Positions 21,809 to 33,475 of a stretch of 64,000 nt of DNA are shown in pieces (positions within the stretch are counted from its first letter, which is position 1; each line of letters begins with the position of its first letter). The notes below the pieces were generated by a model, which had not been told where the DNA came from, did not search any database, and saw only the letters and a list, made by a program, of their open reading frames with translations. The stretch comes from an uncultured Verrucomicrobiae bacterium (lineage in GTDB: Bacteria > Verrucomicrobiota > Verrucomicrobiia > Palsa-1439), in assembly GCA_963812605.1 (NCBI GenBank), contig CAWEWF010000008.1, forward strand, positions 185,107 through 249,106, in the 5' to 3' direction. The position numbers and the translations under genes were made by a program.

Positions 21809-22749
21809 GTCGGCTTCCGAAACCAATCCACAAATCGCTGGATGCCTTCCTCAATGTTTACTTGTGGGTCATAGCCCAGCAACCGTTTCGCTTTTGAGAT
21901 GTCGGCATACGTGATGGGCACATCGCCCGGTTGCGGAGGCAAGAGCCGCAGTTGCGCCTTTTTCCCGGCCGCTTTCTCAATCAATTGCACCAGTTCGCGC
22001 AATTCCACCGTGCGCGACTCGCCGAGGTTCACGATCTCGAATCCCGCGCAACGGTCGAGCGCGGCCAGGAAACCCTGCACCACGTCGTCGCTGTAGGTGT
22101 AGTCGCGCGCTGTCGTGCCGTCGCCATACATTTCGACCGGCTTTCCGCGCAGGATGGCGCTGGTGAATTTATGGATCGCCAAATCAGGCCGCTGGCGCGG
22201 ACCGTACACGGTGAACAATCGCAGGCACGTTACGTTCAGGCCGTGCAAATGATGGTACACATGGCCCAACGCCTCCGCCGCAAGTTTCGTGGCCGCATAG
22301 GGCGAGATGGGGTGCAACAGGGCCGCGTCTTCTCGAAACGGCGCCGCCTGGCCAACACCATAAACACTCGAAGAGGACGCGAAGACAAACTTTGGCACGC
22401 CAAATTCGCGCGCCAACTCGAGCAGATTCTGGGTGCCCAGCACGTTGACTTCCGTGTACAGCCGCGGCTGGGCCACGGAAGGACGAATGCCCGCGCGCGC
22501 CGCAATGTGCGCGACGGCATCGAGGCGGCCTGTAGAAAAGGTCGCGCGCAATGCCGTGGCGTCTCGAATATCCGCCTCAACAATGGTGGCACGATTCGCG
22601 AATGCCGCGACATTGCGCCGTTTCAGCGCGGGATCATAGAAGTCATTGAAATCGTCCACGACCGTGACCTTATCTCCCCGCGCGAGCAGGGCATCGACCA
22701 CGTGCGAGCCGATGAAGCCCGCGCCTCCGGTGACCAAAATCGTCATCAT
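21805..22749 (-). CDS. NAD-dependent epimerase (UDP-glucuronate 4-epimerase-like)
   Basis: GGAGFIGS, ASSSSVYG, YAATK, FTVYGPRQRPDLA, PQPGDV. Confidence 0.9.
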   Translation of the reverse strand: MMTILVTGGAGFIGSHVVDALLARGDKVTVVDDFNDFYDPALKRRNVAAFANRATIVEADIRDATALRATFSTGRLDAVAHIAARAGIRPSVAQPRLYTEVNVLGTQNLLELAREFGVPKFVFASSSSVYGVGQAAPFREDAALLHPISPYAATKLAAEALGHVYHHLHGLNVTCLRLFTVYGPRQRPDLAIHKFTSAILRGKPVEMYGDGTTARDYTYSDDVVQGFLAALDRCAGFEIVNLGESRTVELRELVQLIEKAAGKKAQLRLLPPQPGDVPITYADISKAKRLLGYDPQVNIEEGIQRFVDWFRKPT

Positions 22750-22815
22750 AAAGTAACGTAACACGAACCGCTTTGCGGTTGCAGCCTCGAAAATCGACGG
22801 TACAATCCGTCGCTC

Positions 22816-24354
22816 ATGCGCGTTCTTGCCATCGTTCTATCGGTTATTTTGTCCGCTGCGGTCACTGGATTCGCCGCCGGCAAGGCCGAGCACGTGGTGG
22901 TCGTCGTGTGGGACGGCATGCGACCGGACTTTGTCAATGAAACCAATACCCCGACACTCTACGAACTCGCGCGCGAGGGCGTGTTCTTCCAGAATCATCA
23001 CGCCGTCTATCTCAGTTCGACCGAGGTCAATGGCACCGCGATGGCGACGGGCTGCTACCCGAACCGCAGCGGCATTCTCGCCAACCGCGAGTACCGCCCC
23101 GCAATCAATCCGCTCAATCCCATTGATGTTCAGGACTTCGATGCCGTCCGCAAGGGCGACGCGATCACCCACAACCATTACCTCCAATTGCCCACGCTCG
23201 AAGAAATCCTGCAGCGCGCCGGAATGAAAACGGCCATCGCGGGCGCCAAACCGGTCGTACTCTTGCACGATCGCCTGGAAGAGGGCCGGGTCTGCGCGGA
23301 TTGTGTGAATCTGTTCGAGCACACCACCGTCCCGGCCGCCGCCATGAAGAAACTGGATTTGCCGGCGCTTCCGCCCAGGGACACCCCGAACACGCGCCAG
23401 GATGAAGTCGCAACCCGTGCGCTGATCGGCCCGATGTGGGACAAGGCGGTGCCGACATTTTCGTTGCTCTGGCTGAGCGAGCCGGACTACACCCAGCACG
23501 CCTCGGGCCTGGGATCGGCGAGGTCGCTCAAGGCACTGAAGGGTTCCGACGACAATCTTGCCGGCGTGCTGAAGGAGTTGACCGCCCGCGGTGTCCGCGA
23601 CAAGACCGACGTGTTCGTCATTTCCGACCACGGGTTTTCGACGAGCTCCCGCACGGTGGACGTCGCCGCCTTTTTGAAAAAGGCGGGCTTCAATGCCGTA
23701 CGCGAGTTCCCGCAGTCGCCCGTGAACGGCGACATCATGGTGATCGGCAACGGCGGAACGGCATTGCTCTATGTGATCGGTCATGATTCCAAACTCACTC
23801 ATAAGATCGTCGAGCTTCTTCAGGCCCAGGATTTCGCCGGCGCGATTTTCACGCGCGAGCCGATGGAAGGAACGTTCACCCTCGATCAAGTTCGCATCAA
23901 TACGCCGGATGCACCGGACATTGCGCTCTCGTTTCGCTGGACGGCTGACAAGAACATCGCGGGGATCGCCGGCTTGGTTGCCAGCGATGGCGGTTACGGT
24001 GTGGGACGCGGGACCCACGCCAGCCTCAGTGCATTCGACTTGCATAACACACTCGTCGCCGCCGGCCCGGATTTCCAAAAAGGATGGGTCGATCACCTGC
24101 CCTCGGGCAACATCGACCTCGCGCCAACGATCCTGCACATCCTGGGAGTTCAGTCACCCGAACGCATGGACGGTCGTGTCCTCACTGAAGCGCTGGTCGA
24201 AAAAATGTCCAAGTCCCCCGACCCTGTTACCCAGACTTTGACCGCGACCCGCGATCTCGGCGCCACCGTCTGGCAGCAGTACTTGCGCGTGACCGAATTT
24301 GACGGAACCACCTACCTCGAAGAAGCCAACGGTCATTCGGAACCGAAGAAGTAG
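22816..24354 (+). CDS. Alkaline phosphatase superfamily / nucleotide pyrophosphatase
   Basis: Signal peptide, WDGMRPD, EPDYTQH, SDHGF, GTHAS, DLAPT. Confidence 0.88.
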   Translation: MRVLAIVLSVILSAAVTGFAAGKAEHVVVVVWDGMRPDFVNETNTPTLYELAREGVFFQNHHAVYLSSTEVNGTAMATGCYPNRSGILANREYRPAINPLNPIDVQDFDAVRKGDAITHNHYLQLPTLEEILQRAGMKTAIAGAKPVVLLHDRLEEGRVCADCVNLFEHTTVPAAAMKKLDLPALPPRDTPNTRQDEVATRALIGPMWDKAVPTFSLLWLSEPDYTQHASGLGSARSLKALKGSDDNLAGVLKELTARGVRDKTDVFVISDHGFSTSSRTVDVAAFLKKAGFNAVREFPQSPVNGDIMVIGNGGTALLYVIGHDSKLTHKIVELLQAQDFAGAIFTREPMEGTFTLDQVRINTPDAPDIALSFRWTADKNIAGIAGLVASDGGYGVGRGTHASLSAFDLHNTLVAAGPDFQKGWVDHLPSGNIDLAPTILHILGVQSPERMDGRVLTEALVEKMSKSPDPVTQTLTATRDLGATVWQQYLRVTEFDGTTYLEEANGHSEPKK

Positions 24355-24418
24355 CGAAGCTGAGAGCGCTGCTACGAATCAGGTTGAGCAGTCAACAAAG
24401 TGAGTGATAGCCTGAACC

Positions 24419-26143
24419 ATGAAGAACGCGTGGAGACCACTGGCCGTGGTGTGCGCGCTGGTGATCGGGGCTTACGCGTACCTGGACCAGTCGGGTTTAT
24501 TGGAACTGCTCAGTCCGGATGCGGCCAGCACTCACTACAATTTACTGGTGCAAGGTTTTCGCGCCGGCCAACTCAACCTAAAAGCGGATGTTCCACCCGG
24601 CCTCGCGCAACTCGCCGACCCTTACGATCCGGTCGCCAACGCCCCCTATCGCATTACTCCTTACCGGCTGCACGACCTGAGCTACTACAAGGGCCGGCTC
24701 TACCTCTACCACGGCGTTACGCCCGCCCTGATACTTTTCTGGCCGTTCGTCGCGCTGACCGGGTACTATCTCTTCCACCGGCAGGCTGCGGCGATTTTTT
24801 GCACGATCGGATTTCTGGTCAGCGTGGGACTGCTGTACGCGTTGTGGCGGCGCTACTTTGCCGAAGTAAGCGTCGGGGTGGTCGCGGCGTGCGCGCTGGC
24901 GCTCGGGTTGGCGACCGGCATGCCGATCCTGTTGTCGCAGGCCGATGTTCATCAGGTGTCGATCAGTTGCGGGTATATGCTGACCATGCTGGCGCTGGCG
25001 GCAATCTGGTGCGCGTTGCACGAACCAGAGCGGCGCTCTCTATGGCTGGCAGCAGCGAGCGTAGCGTACGGGCTGGCCGTGGGGGCCCGGCCCTCATTGC
25101 TGTTCGGCGCGGTAATCTTGCTGGTGCCGGTGGCCCAAGCCTGGCGCGAGCGTTGGCCCCGAAAGCTTTCGGGGCTGGTCGCGGCAATTGGTCCGATCCT
25201 GCTCATCGGGTTGGGGCTGATGCTCTACAACTACCGGCGATTCGACAATCCATTCGAATTCGGCGTGCGCTACCTGTTGTCCGGGGACAGTCGCTCGTCT
25301 TCCGTGCGCCATTTCAGTTTGGGTTATCTCTGGTTCAACCTCCGCCTCTATTTCTTGAAGTCAGTGAGCTGGAGCGGTCATTTTCCTTTCGTGCAGAGAA
25401 TGGTGGTGCCGCCCCTGCCGCCGGGTCATGGCACCGTGGAAAAACCTTTTGGCATCCTGACGAACATTCCCCTCGTGTGGCTGGCGCTGGCCGTGCCATT
25501 GGCATTGCGGAGTCAATCGGCGGTGGCCACCTCAACCTTGCGCTGGTTTGTGTCGGTGGTGGCCATGCTCTTCGGGATCAGTGTGTTGACCATTGGTCTT
25601 TTCTATTATACCGCTGTCCGTTATGAGGTGGATTTCCTGCCGGCACTACTGCTGCTAACCGCGGTTGGCATCCTCGGATTGGAACAGGCTCTGGCGGACC
25701 GGCCAACCTGGAGGCGTGCTTCACGCTGGGTCTGGGGCCTGTTGTTGGGCTACTCGGTGGTGTTTAATCTGCTGGCGAGCGTTGAGTATCACGCCGAGGC
25801 ACACCACGTCCTGGGCACTCAACTGTCCCAGGCAGGTAAAATCCCGGAGGCGATCGGGCAATACGAGCAGGCCCTGCGTCTCAACCCCGATTTCCCCAGG
25901 GCGCACCGCGACTCGGGAGTCGCCCTGGAGCGAACGGGCCGGCAGCCAAGAGGCGATCGAACAATACAAGAGGCCCTGCGTCTCAACCCCGATTACATCA
26001 TGGCACACTATAACCTCGCCGTTGCCCTGGAACACACCGGTAAAATCCCCGACGCCATCCAACACTATCAGCAAGCCTTGCGGATCAAACCCGATTTCAC
26101 CGACGCGCAAACCGCCCTTGCGCGGCTGCAACCCGGCCAGTAA
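24419..26143 (+). CDS. Polytopic membrane protein with C-terminal TPRs
   Basis: 'DLSYYKGRLYLYHGVTPAL', many TMs, TPRs 'EAIGQYEQALRLNP'. Confidence 0.8.
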   Translation: MKNAWRPLAVVCALVIGAYAYLDQSGLLELLSPDAASTHYNLLVQGFRAGQLNLKADVPPGLAQLADPYDPVANAPYRITPYRLHDLSYYKGRLYLYHGVTPALILFWPFVALTGYYLFHRQAAAIFCTIGFLVSVGLLYALWRRYFAEVSVGVVAACALALGLATGMPILLSQADVHQVSISCGYMLTMLALAAIWCALHEPERRSLWLAAASVAYGLAVGARPSLLFGAVILLVPVAQAWRERWPRKLSGLVAAIGPILLIGLGLMLYNYRRFDNPFEFGVRYLLSGDSRSSSVRHFSLGYLWFNLRLYFLKSVSWSGHFPFVQRMVVPPLPPGHGTVEKPFGILTNIPLVWLALAVPLALRSQSAVATSTLRWFVSVVAMLFGISVLTIGLFYYTAVRYEVDFLPALLLLTAVGILGLEQALADRPTWRRASRWVWGLLLGYSVVFNLLASVEYHAEAHHVLGTQLSQAGKIPEAIGQYEQALRLNPDFPRAHRDSGVALERTGRQPRGDRTIQEALRLNPDYIMAHYNLAVALEHTGKIPDAIQHYQQALRIKPDFTDAQTALARLQPGQ

Positions 26144-26259
26144 GCCGGTAGTGCCTTAATTTCCGAATGGGAGGGACGCGCTCCGTCGCGTCCGCTGTCG
26201 TCAACGATCCCGGACGGCTACGACGGAGCGTGGCCCTTGTATCTAGAATTTTTGGTACT

Positions 26260-27427
<1,168 letters not shown>

Positions 27428-27511
27428 AAAGACAGTTGCTCCAGATTAGGGCACCACCAGTAAGCCGGGAAATGGGTTTGCAACAAGTCGGCCTTGAGAT
27501 AATGTTACCGT

Positions 27512-27742
27512 GTGACTGCGACTTTGCTAAAGCAGGTGAAGGCACTGCCCGCAAATGAGCGGGCGGAACTGGCACAAGTCCTTTGGGAAAACCTGATTGA
27601 AAGCGGTTACGATCCGGAAGTTACCCCCGCCCAGCGAGCCGAACTGGATCGCCGCCTCAAGGCTCACGCCAAAAATCCCGCCAATGTCGTGCCGTGGGAG
27701 ACGGTGAAAGCCGACCTCGCCAAAAAATACGGCAAGCCGTGA
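27512..27742 (+). CDS. Putative addiction-module antitoxin component (TIGR02574-like)
   Basis: 'LPANERAELAQVLWENL...AQRAELDRRL...VVPWETVK'. Confidence 0.8.
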   Translation: MTATLLKQVKALPANERAELAQVLWENLIESGYDPEVTPAQRAELDRRLKAHAKNPANVVPWETVKADLAKKYGKP

Positions 27743-27795
27743 AGAAACGCCGGCTGATGCCGATATAGATGATGTAGCTACAAGAAAACGATAAG

Positions 27796-27942
27796 ATGAA
27801 AAGAGAGAAACGAGAGAAGCTGGAGAAGGCTGGTTGGCGAATCGGTAGCACGGCAGATTTTCTTGCCCTGACACCAGCAGAGGAACGCCACGTCGAAATG
27901 AAAGTGGCGCTAACGCACAAGTTGAGTGCCCGACGGCACTGA
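27796..27942 (+). pseudogene. Truncated N-terminus of XRE/HigA-like antitoxin
   Basis: MKREKREKLEKAGWRIGSTADFLALTPAEERHVEMKVAL..., which stops before any HTH. Confidence 0.55.
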
Positions 27943-28018
27943 ATGCTCGGCGCGTCATGCCCATGTCCCGCAGCGAAGGCGGCAATCTACAAAACCCTCC
28001 AATTTCCTAAGAGATGTT

Positions 28019-28042
28019 GTAGGCCGCGTGCCCTCACGCGGC
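28019..28042 (+). repeat. Single GTAG-type REP
   Basis: GTAG-GCCGCGTG-CCCT-CACGCGGC hairpin. Confidence 0.7.
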
Positions 28043-28131
28043 GGTTGTTTGGGTCGCGGTAAAACAGCTTGCCCGAGCTCGCACAGGAGGCGTAGATTTC
28101 CTGAACGCACACAGGAAAGGGAAAGACCGTC

Positions 28132-28830
28132 ATGAAAGCTGCGATCCTTACGATGTTGCTGCCGCTGCTCGCAGGTTCGATCCAAGCAGAAGAAACCAAT
28201 ACGCCGCCCGCTCCCACCAGTGCCACCAGCAACGTCACGCCCAGTAGCGTCACAAGCAATGTCGCCCCTAGCACCATAACAATCGACGGCACAACCTATG
28301 AAGAAGTCCGCTGGGGCAGACTAACGCCTTCCACTGTCACCATTTTCCATAAGACAGGTGTTGCGACAATCGCACTGGCAAAATTACCCCCTGAATTGCA
28401 GAAGAGATTCGGGTATGACCCGCAGAGGGCTGCTGCTTGGCAGACCGCCGAGCAGAAGTCCGCAGCAGCCAGAGCAAAGGTTGAAAGGCAACAGGCACTT
28501 TTGAGCCAATACGGAGCCAAAAAAATAAACCCTGCACAAGTCGGTGCAATCGGAAAACTTGGTAGCGGCTGGACTGTCCTCCAAGTTCTTGACACGAGCA
28601 GGATGCTGATTCGTGGCTACATCAGACCCGACCCTATGACTGGGAGCGGGCCGAGTTTCACCTCACCCTTCTGCCTTCAAGGGTTTCCAACGAGCAACTA
28701 TACTGACGGACAAAACTTGCAGCTAGATTGGACAGGCATGGTTGTCAAAGTCACACACACTATGACTTATGATTCCACTGAAGGCGCGCAGCGAACGATT
28801 TTTGTTATGGAGCCGTACGACGGCAATTGA
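28132..28830 (+). CDS. Hypothetical secreted protein
   Basis: Signal peptide, (TSNVxPS) low-complexity repeats, 'LPPELQKRFGYDP' motif. Confidence 0.7.
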   Translation: MKAAILTMLLPLLAGSIQAEETNTPPAPTSATSNVTPSSVTSNVAPSTITIDGTTYEEVRWGRLTPSTVTIFHKTGVATIALAKLPPELQKRFGYDPQRAAAWQTAEQKSAAARAKVERQQALLSQYGAKKINPAQVGAIGKLGSGWTVLQVLDTSRMLIRGYIRPDPMTGSGPSFTSPFCLQGFPTSNYTDGQNLQLDWTGMVVKVTHTMTYDSTEGAQRTIFVMEPYDGN

Positions 28831-28900
28831 CGGCGAACTGCCATCGTGACAAAGAAGAAATCGCGCGACTTCGTAAAATGGACGATAAAGCGGGTAGCTG

Positions 28901-29371
28901 CTAATACTTCGCGAACTCCACATGTGTCAGTGTCTTGTCGAATCTGGGATAAGGGGTAGGCGGCAAGTTCTGCATAGCTTGGGCAAAGCCCTTGAATCTC
29001 GGCCAAAACCTGCGGATTCCATCGGCGTCAACAGGATCGAAAACTTTAATCGACTTCGGCTTTAAGTAAAGCGTCCCTCGGAAGCCTCGTTTGTAATACT
29101 TGCCGGCACAGCCGTCATCTGTCGGTTTCTTAAACGCATTGACCTTTTTTGACACGGCGCTCGCGACGATTCTACCCTTGTATTGAAATAGCACGGTCGT
29201 ACCTGCCTTAGCGTCTGGCCGCTTTGAGAGGTATAGGTATTCGCCTTCATTTTCTAAAGGCAATTCATCCCGAAAGAATTCCTGCTGAACGTCATGCCAC
29301 TTCCCATAGTCTTTGAACATTTTTTTACTGTCCATTGGTAGGACTAGCACGGCTAGTGGTGTTTTGCTCAT
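28901..29371 (-). CDS. Hypothetical protein (lower GC)
   Basis: 156-aa ORF from MSKTPLAVLVLPM with an upstream GGGAA; no confident family. Confidence 0.6.
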   Translation of the reverse strand: MSKTPLAVLVLPMDSKKMFKDYGKWHDVQQEFFRDELPLENEGEYLYLSKRPDAKAGTTVLFQYKGRIVASAVSKKVNAFKKPTDDGCAGKYYKRGFRGTLYLKPKSIKVFDPVDADGIRRFWPRFKGFAQAMQNLPPTPYPRFDKTLTHVEFAKY

Positions 29372-29561
29372 AAAGTCATTCCCGCCATGCCGATTTCTTA
29401 CTGCTCTATATCGGGGAAGACAAGCTGAAAGGCCGCCTGTAACGAATAGACACATGTGGCCTCTTCCCAGCGAATCCAGATGTGTAAGTGCTTGAGTTTT
29501 GGCTTGCTTTCGCACGTGGCCCCGCTATCTTTCCCGCAAAGAAAGGGGTGGGGACCTCATC

Positions 29562-32500
29562 ATGTATCTGAAGAGCCTTCAGCTCATTGGCTTCAAGTCA
29601 TTTGCTGAAAAGACTACGCTGGAGTTTTTGCCGGGCGTGACCGCGGTGGTCGGTCCGAACGGTTGCGGGAAATCCAATATCTCCGACGCGATCCGCTGGG
29701 TGCTCGGGGAGCAATCGGCCAAGGCGTTGCGCGGCAGCGAGATGGCCAACGTCATCTTCAACGGCACCGACGGCCGCCGGGCCATCAACCTCGCCGAAGT
29801 CAGCATGACCTTCGCGGAAGTCGATCCCACGAGCCTCTCGCTCCCGGGCGTCAATCTCGATTTCTCCGAGATCACGATCTCGCGCCGCGTCCATCGCGAC
29901 GGCAATGGCGAGTACTTCATCAACAAGACGCCGTGCCGCCTGCGCGACATCCAGGGCCTGTTCATGGACACGGGCATTGGCCGGTCGAGCTATTCGCTGA
30001 TGGCGCAGGGACAGATCGACCAGATCCTCAGCGCGCATCCCGAGGATCGCCGCACGATTTTTGAGGAAGCCGCGGGCATCAACAAGTACAAGCACCAGAA
30101 GAAAGAAGCGCTCCGCAAGCTTGAGTACACCGAGGCCAACCTCGTCCGCATCACCGACATCATCAAGGAAGTCAAACGCCAGATCATTTCGCTGCAGCGC
30201 CAGGCCGGCAAGGCCCGCCGTTACAAGGAACTCTTCGACCAACTCAAGGGAATCGACACGCGTCTCGCGCGCCACAAGTACGACCTGCTGCATTCTGAAA
30301 TCCCGGGTCTGGAATCCCAGATCACCAACTTTGTCCACCAATCCGAGGCGTTCTCCGCCCAAATCGCCGAGAAGGAACAGCAGATCGCCGATCTCCGCCG
30401 TTCGCTCGCGGAAATCGAGCGCGCCATCAGCGAAGCCGTCAACCGCGATCACGAACTCAAGAGCGAAGCCGACCGTCACCAGCAGCGCACGACGACCAAT
30501 GCCGAGCGGATTACCGAACTCGAAGAACTCATCGAGAACAATCATCGCGAGACCGCGGGCGCCGAGGAAAAAATTCGCGTCCAGGAGGAATTGCTCTCGT
30601 CGCTCAACGCCGAGTTCGAGCAGATCGACTCCAGCCTCGCCTCCGAACAGGCCAAACTACAGGCCCAGCAGGACGCCGTGCGGCAACTCGACGCCGACCT
30701 TTCGCAGAAGAACATTTTGCTAACCGAAGCCAAGTCCGCGCTCCTGGACCTGGAGAGCGCCGTCGCCCACAGCCGCAACGAACTGGCGGGACTCGACCAG
30801 AAGAAGAAATACGATGTCGTTCGCGCCGAGCGTCTCTCGACCGAGCGCCTGCAACTCGAAGACCAGCGCCGCGCCCTCGAGCAACGGCTGCAGGCCTACA
30901 ACAACGGTCTCGCCGAATTGCGGAGCAACGTCAATACGCTCCGCGCCGCATTGGCCGCGAAACAGTCCGAGTTGAGCGAGGTTTCTTCGCAGGCAAGCGC
31001 CGCATCGCAGACGCATCAAGACGGAATCTCGGACGCCTCGCAGAAGAGCACACGCCTTGATGTGCTTCGCCAATTCTTCGCCGCGCCGGATGGCCGCACA
31101 ACCCTCGGCAATATCCTCGACGTGGAACCGCAATACGGTGCTGCCATTGAAGCCGCCTTGCATCATGCGATTCACACGATTTTGACCGATGACCTCAATG
31201 CTGCGCGTCAATTGCTCGCGAGCGGCTTGCAGAATCCGTCAGTCGCCACGCCAGACCTTGCGGTTGCCGGTCGCGTGCCCTCACACGACGAGATGGACAA
31301 CGCGAACGCCGCTTGGGGAGGCGCGGCCTACAACAAAGTTGCAGCGGTTTCAGTCGTACGTGTCCGCGATGCGCGCTTTGAACCGCTCGTGCGCGCGTTG
31401 CTGGCAAACTGCATCATTACAGATGATCTCGACACAGCCCTGGCGGTACGCGCGACCAATCCGCACTTTGCCGTCGCCACGCTGCGGGGAGAACTGGTGG
31501 ACGAGCACGGAATCCTCAGCGCCGTCTCCAAGAGCCACATCGCGGAAATCAGCGAACTGACCCAGGAAGTCGCGGAGCTTCAGGCGCGCGTTTCCGGGCA
31601 GAAAACCGCCAGGGCTGAACTGGAGCAGAGAAAAGCCGCGCTCGAAACGGAATTTTCCATTCTCCGCGCCGATCTTCACGCAAAAGAAATCGCCCTGGCC
31701 GCGAAGGAAGGTGAACTCAACGCCCTGGCGACCGAAGGTCGCGACCTGGAAAGCAAGGTCCATACAGTAGTGTTCGAATTACAGGCGATCGAGCAACAGG
31801 ATGCCGACGAGAAGCAACGCCGCGAGACGATCCTGGCGAGCCTGCGCGGGTCGGAGGCGCGCCAGGGCGAATTGCGGCAGCAAATGAGCCGTGCCCAACA
31901 AGCGGTGGATGAACTGCTCGTTCGCAAAGAGCAGATGACCCAACAACTCACCGAGTTGCGCGTCAGTGTCGGCGGCATCGAGCACAAGCGGCGGGCGATT
32001 GAGAGCCAGCGCGAGCCCATTGCGGCCCGCGTGCGCGACCTGCATGAGCGCATGGAGATCTGCGCCGGCGAAATCACCAGTTATACGGCGAAGATCGAAC
32101 AGTTTCGGGTGGAGATCCGCGAGTCGGAGCAAAAGATCGGCGAACTCGCCAGTGCCCGCGAGCAATCGCAGCAGCAAATTGGCGGCCTCCAGCACCAGCG
32201 CGCGGAAGTTGCCACCGGCATCGAACACGCCGAGGAAGAACTGCGCGCCATCCGCAAACAGGCCAACGATGCGCAGTCGCAAAAATCAGGCTTGGAAGTC
32301 CAACTCGCGCAAAAGCGGATGGAAAGCCAGAACCTCAAGGACCGCGTCTGGCAGAAGTACCAGGTGAATGTTGAGGATGTCCGCGGCGACCTGATCAATA
32401 TCACGGTTGCCGACCGGGGTCCCGCGATCACCGAGCAGGTCGAGCTGCCGGTCGATTGGGACGCGCTCGAACTCCAGGTCACCGAGATGCAGTCGAAGCT

Positions 32501-33428
32501 CGACGCGATGGGCCCGGTGAACGTGGAAGCCATCAATGAGTTTGAGGAGTTGGAGCAGCGCCACAATTTCCTCTCGCAACAGCACGAGGACCTCGTCAAG
32601 GCGAAGGACCAGCTCTTGCAGGTCATCACCAAGATCAACTCGACCACGAAACAGCTTTTCCAGGAAACCTTCGAGAAGATCCGCGAGAATTTCCAGATCA
32701 TGTACACCGAGTTGTTCGGCGGCGGCAAAGCGAACCTGATCCTGCTCGACGAAAACGACCCGCTCGAAAGCGGCATCGAGATCGTCGCGAAACCACCGGG
32801 CAAGCAACTCCAGAGCGTCACCCTGCTCAGCGGCGGCGAGAAAACACTGACCGCCACCGCCCTGCTGTTCGCCATCTACATGGTCAAACCGTCGCCGTTC
32901 TGCGTGCTCGACGAGTTGGACGCGCCTCTCGATGAATCGAACATCAACCGCTTCGTCCGTATCCTGCAACGGTTCATCACGCAATCGCAGTTCGTCATCA
33001 TCACGCACAACAAGCGCACCATCGGCATGGCCGACGCGCTTTACGGCATCACGATGGAGGAGCACGGCGTTTCGAAGGTGGTTAGCGTGAAGTTCAGCCC
33101 GCGCGAGGAAGCCCAACGCAAACAGACCGAGAAGGCGCGCGAGCAACAGGAAGAACGGATCGACGGTGCTGCTGCCATCGCAGCTGACCTGCGTCCACAC
33201 GAGGAAGAGTTGCACAACGATCTGCTCGTGAATAAAGAGCAGACCGTCGCGCCGATTGCCGACGCCGCACCCGTCCTCGTGGAAGCCGTGCCCGCTTTGG
33301 GCCAGCCCGCCCCCGACGATATCAAAGCCGAAGTGCAAGCCGCCATCGCCAATGCCGTCGAGGCCGGCGAATCGTCGAAGAGCACGGCGGAAGAGGCATC
33401 GTCCGAACCCGCCGAGCCGCAGTCGTAG
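29562..33428 (+). CDS. smc: Chromosome partition protein Smc
   Basis: GPNGCGKSN, FEEAAGI, long coiled coils, hinge, LSGGE, LDELDAPLD; acidic C-terminal extension. Confidence 0.96.
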   Translation: MYLKSLQLIGFKSFAEKTTLEFLPGVTAVVGPNGCGKSNISDAIRWVLGEQSAKALRGSEMANVIFNGTDGRRAINLAEVSMTFAEVDPTSLSLPGVNLDFSEITISRRVHRDGNGEYFINKTPCRLRDIQGLFMDTGIGRSSYSLMAQGQIDQILSAHPEDRRTIFEEAAGINKYKHQKKEALRKLEYTEANLVRITDIIKEVKRQIISLQRQAGKARRYKELFDQLKGIDTRLARHKYDLLHSEIPGLESQITNFVHQSEAFSAQIAEKEQQIADLRRSLAEIERAISEAVNRDHELKSEADRHQQRTTTNAERITELEELIENNHRETAGAEEKIRVQEELLSSLNAEFEQIDSSLASEQAKLQAQQDAVRQLDADLSQKNILLTEAKSALLDLESAVAHSRNELAGLDQKKKYDVVRAERLSTERLQLEDQRRALEQRLQAYNNGLAELRSNVNTLRAALAAKQSELSEVSSQASAASQTHQDGISDASQKSTRLDVLRQFFAAPDGRTTLGNILDVEPQYGAAIEAALHHAIHTILTDDLNAARQLLASGLQNPSVATPDLAVAGRVPSHDEMDNANAAWGGAAYNKVAAVSVVRVRDARFEPLVRALLANCIITDDLDTALAVRATNPHFAVATLRGELVDEHGILSAVSKSHIAEISELTQEVAELQARVSGQKTARAELEQRKAALETEFSILRADLHAKEIALAAKEGELNALATEGRDLESKVHTVVFELQAIEQQDADEKQRRETILASLRGSEARQGELRQQMSRAQQAVDELLVRKEQMTQQLTELRVSVGGIEHKRRAIESQREPIAARVRDLHERMEICAGEITSYTAKIEQFRVEIRESEQKIGELASAREQSQQQIGGLQHQRAEVATGIEHAEEELRAIRKQANDAQSQKSGLEVQLAQKRMESQNLKDRVWQKYQVNVEDVRGDLINITVADRGPAITEQVELPVDWDALELQVTEMQSKLDAMGPVNVEAINEFEELEQRHNFLSQQHEDLVKAKDQLLQVITKINSTTKQLFQETFEKIRENFQIMYTELFGGGKANLILLDENDPLESGIEIVAKPPGKQLQSVTLLSGGEKTLTATALLFAIYMVKPSPFCVLDELDAPLDESNINRFVRILQRFITQSQFVIITHNKRTIGMADALYGITMEEHGVSKVVSVKFSPREEAQRKQTEKAREQQEERIDGAAAIAADLRPHEEELHNDLLVNKEQTVAPIADAAPVLVEAVPALGQPAPDDIKAEVQAAIANAVEAGESSKSTAEEASSEPAEPQS

Positions 33429-33440
33429 CACAAAAGGTTT

Positions 33441-33463
33441 GGCAAGCGGAGCGCTTGCCCTAC
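33441..33463 (-). repeat. Single GTAG-type REP
   Basis: Minus strand reads GTAG-GGCAAGCG-CTC-CGCTTGCC. Confidence 0.7.
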
Positions 33464-33475
33464 AATCTCCTGCCT

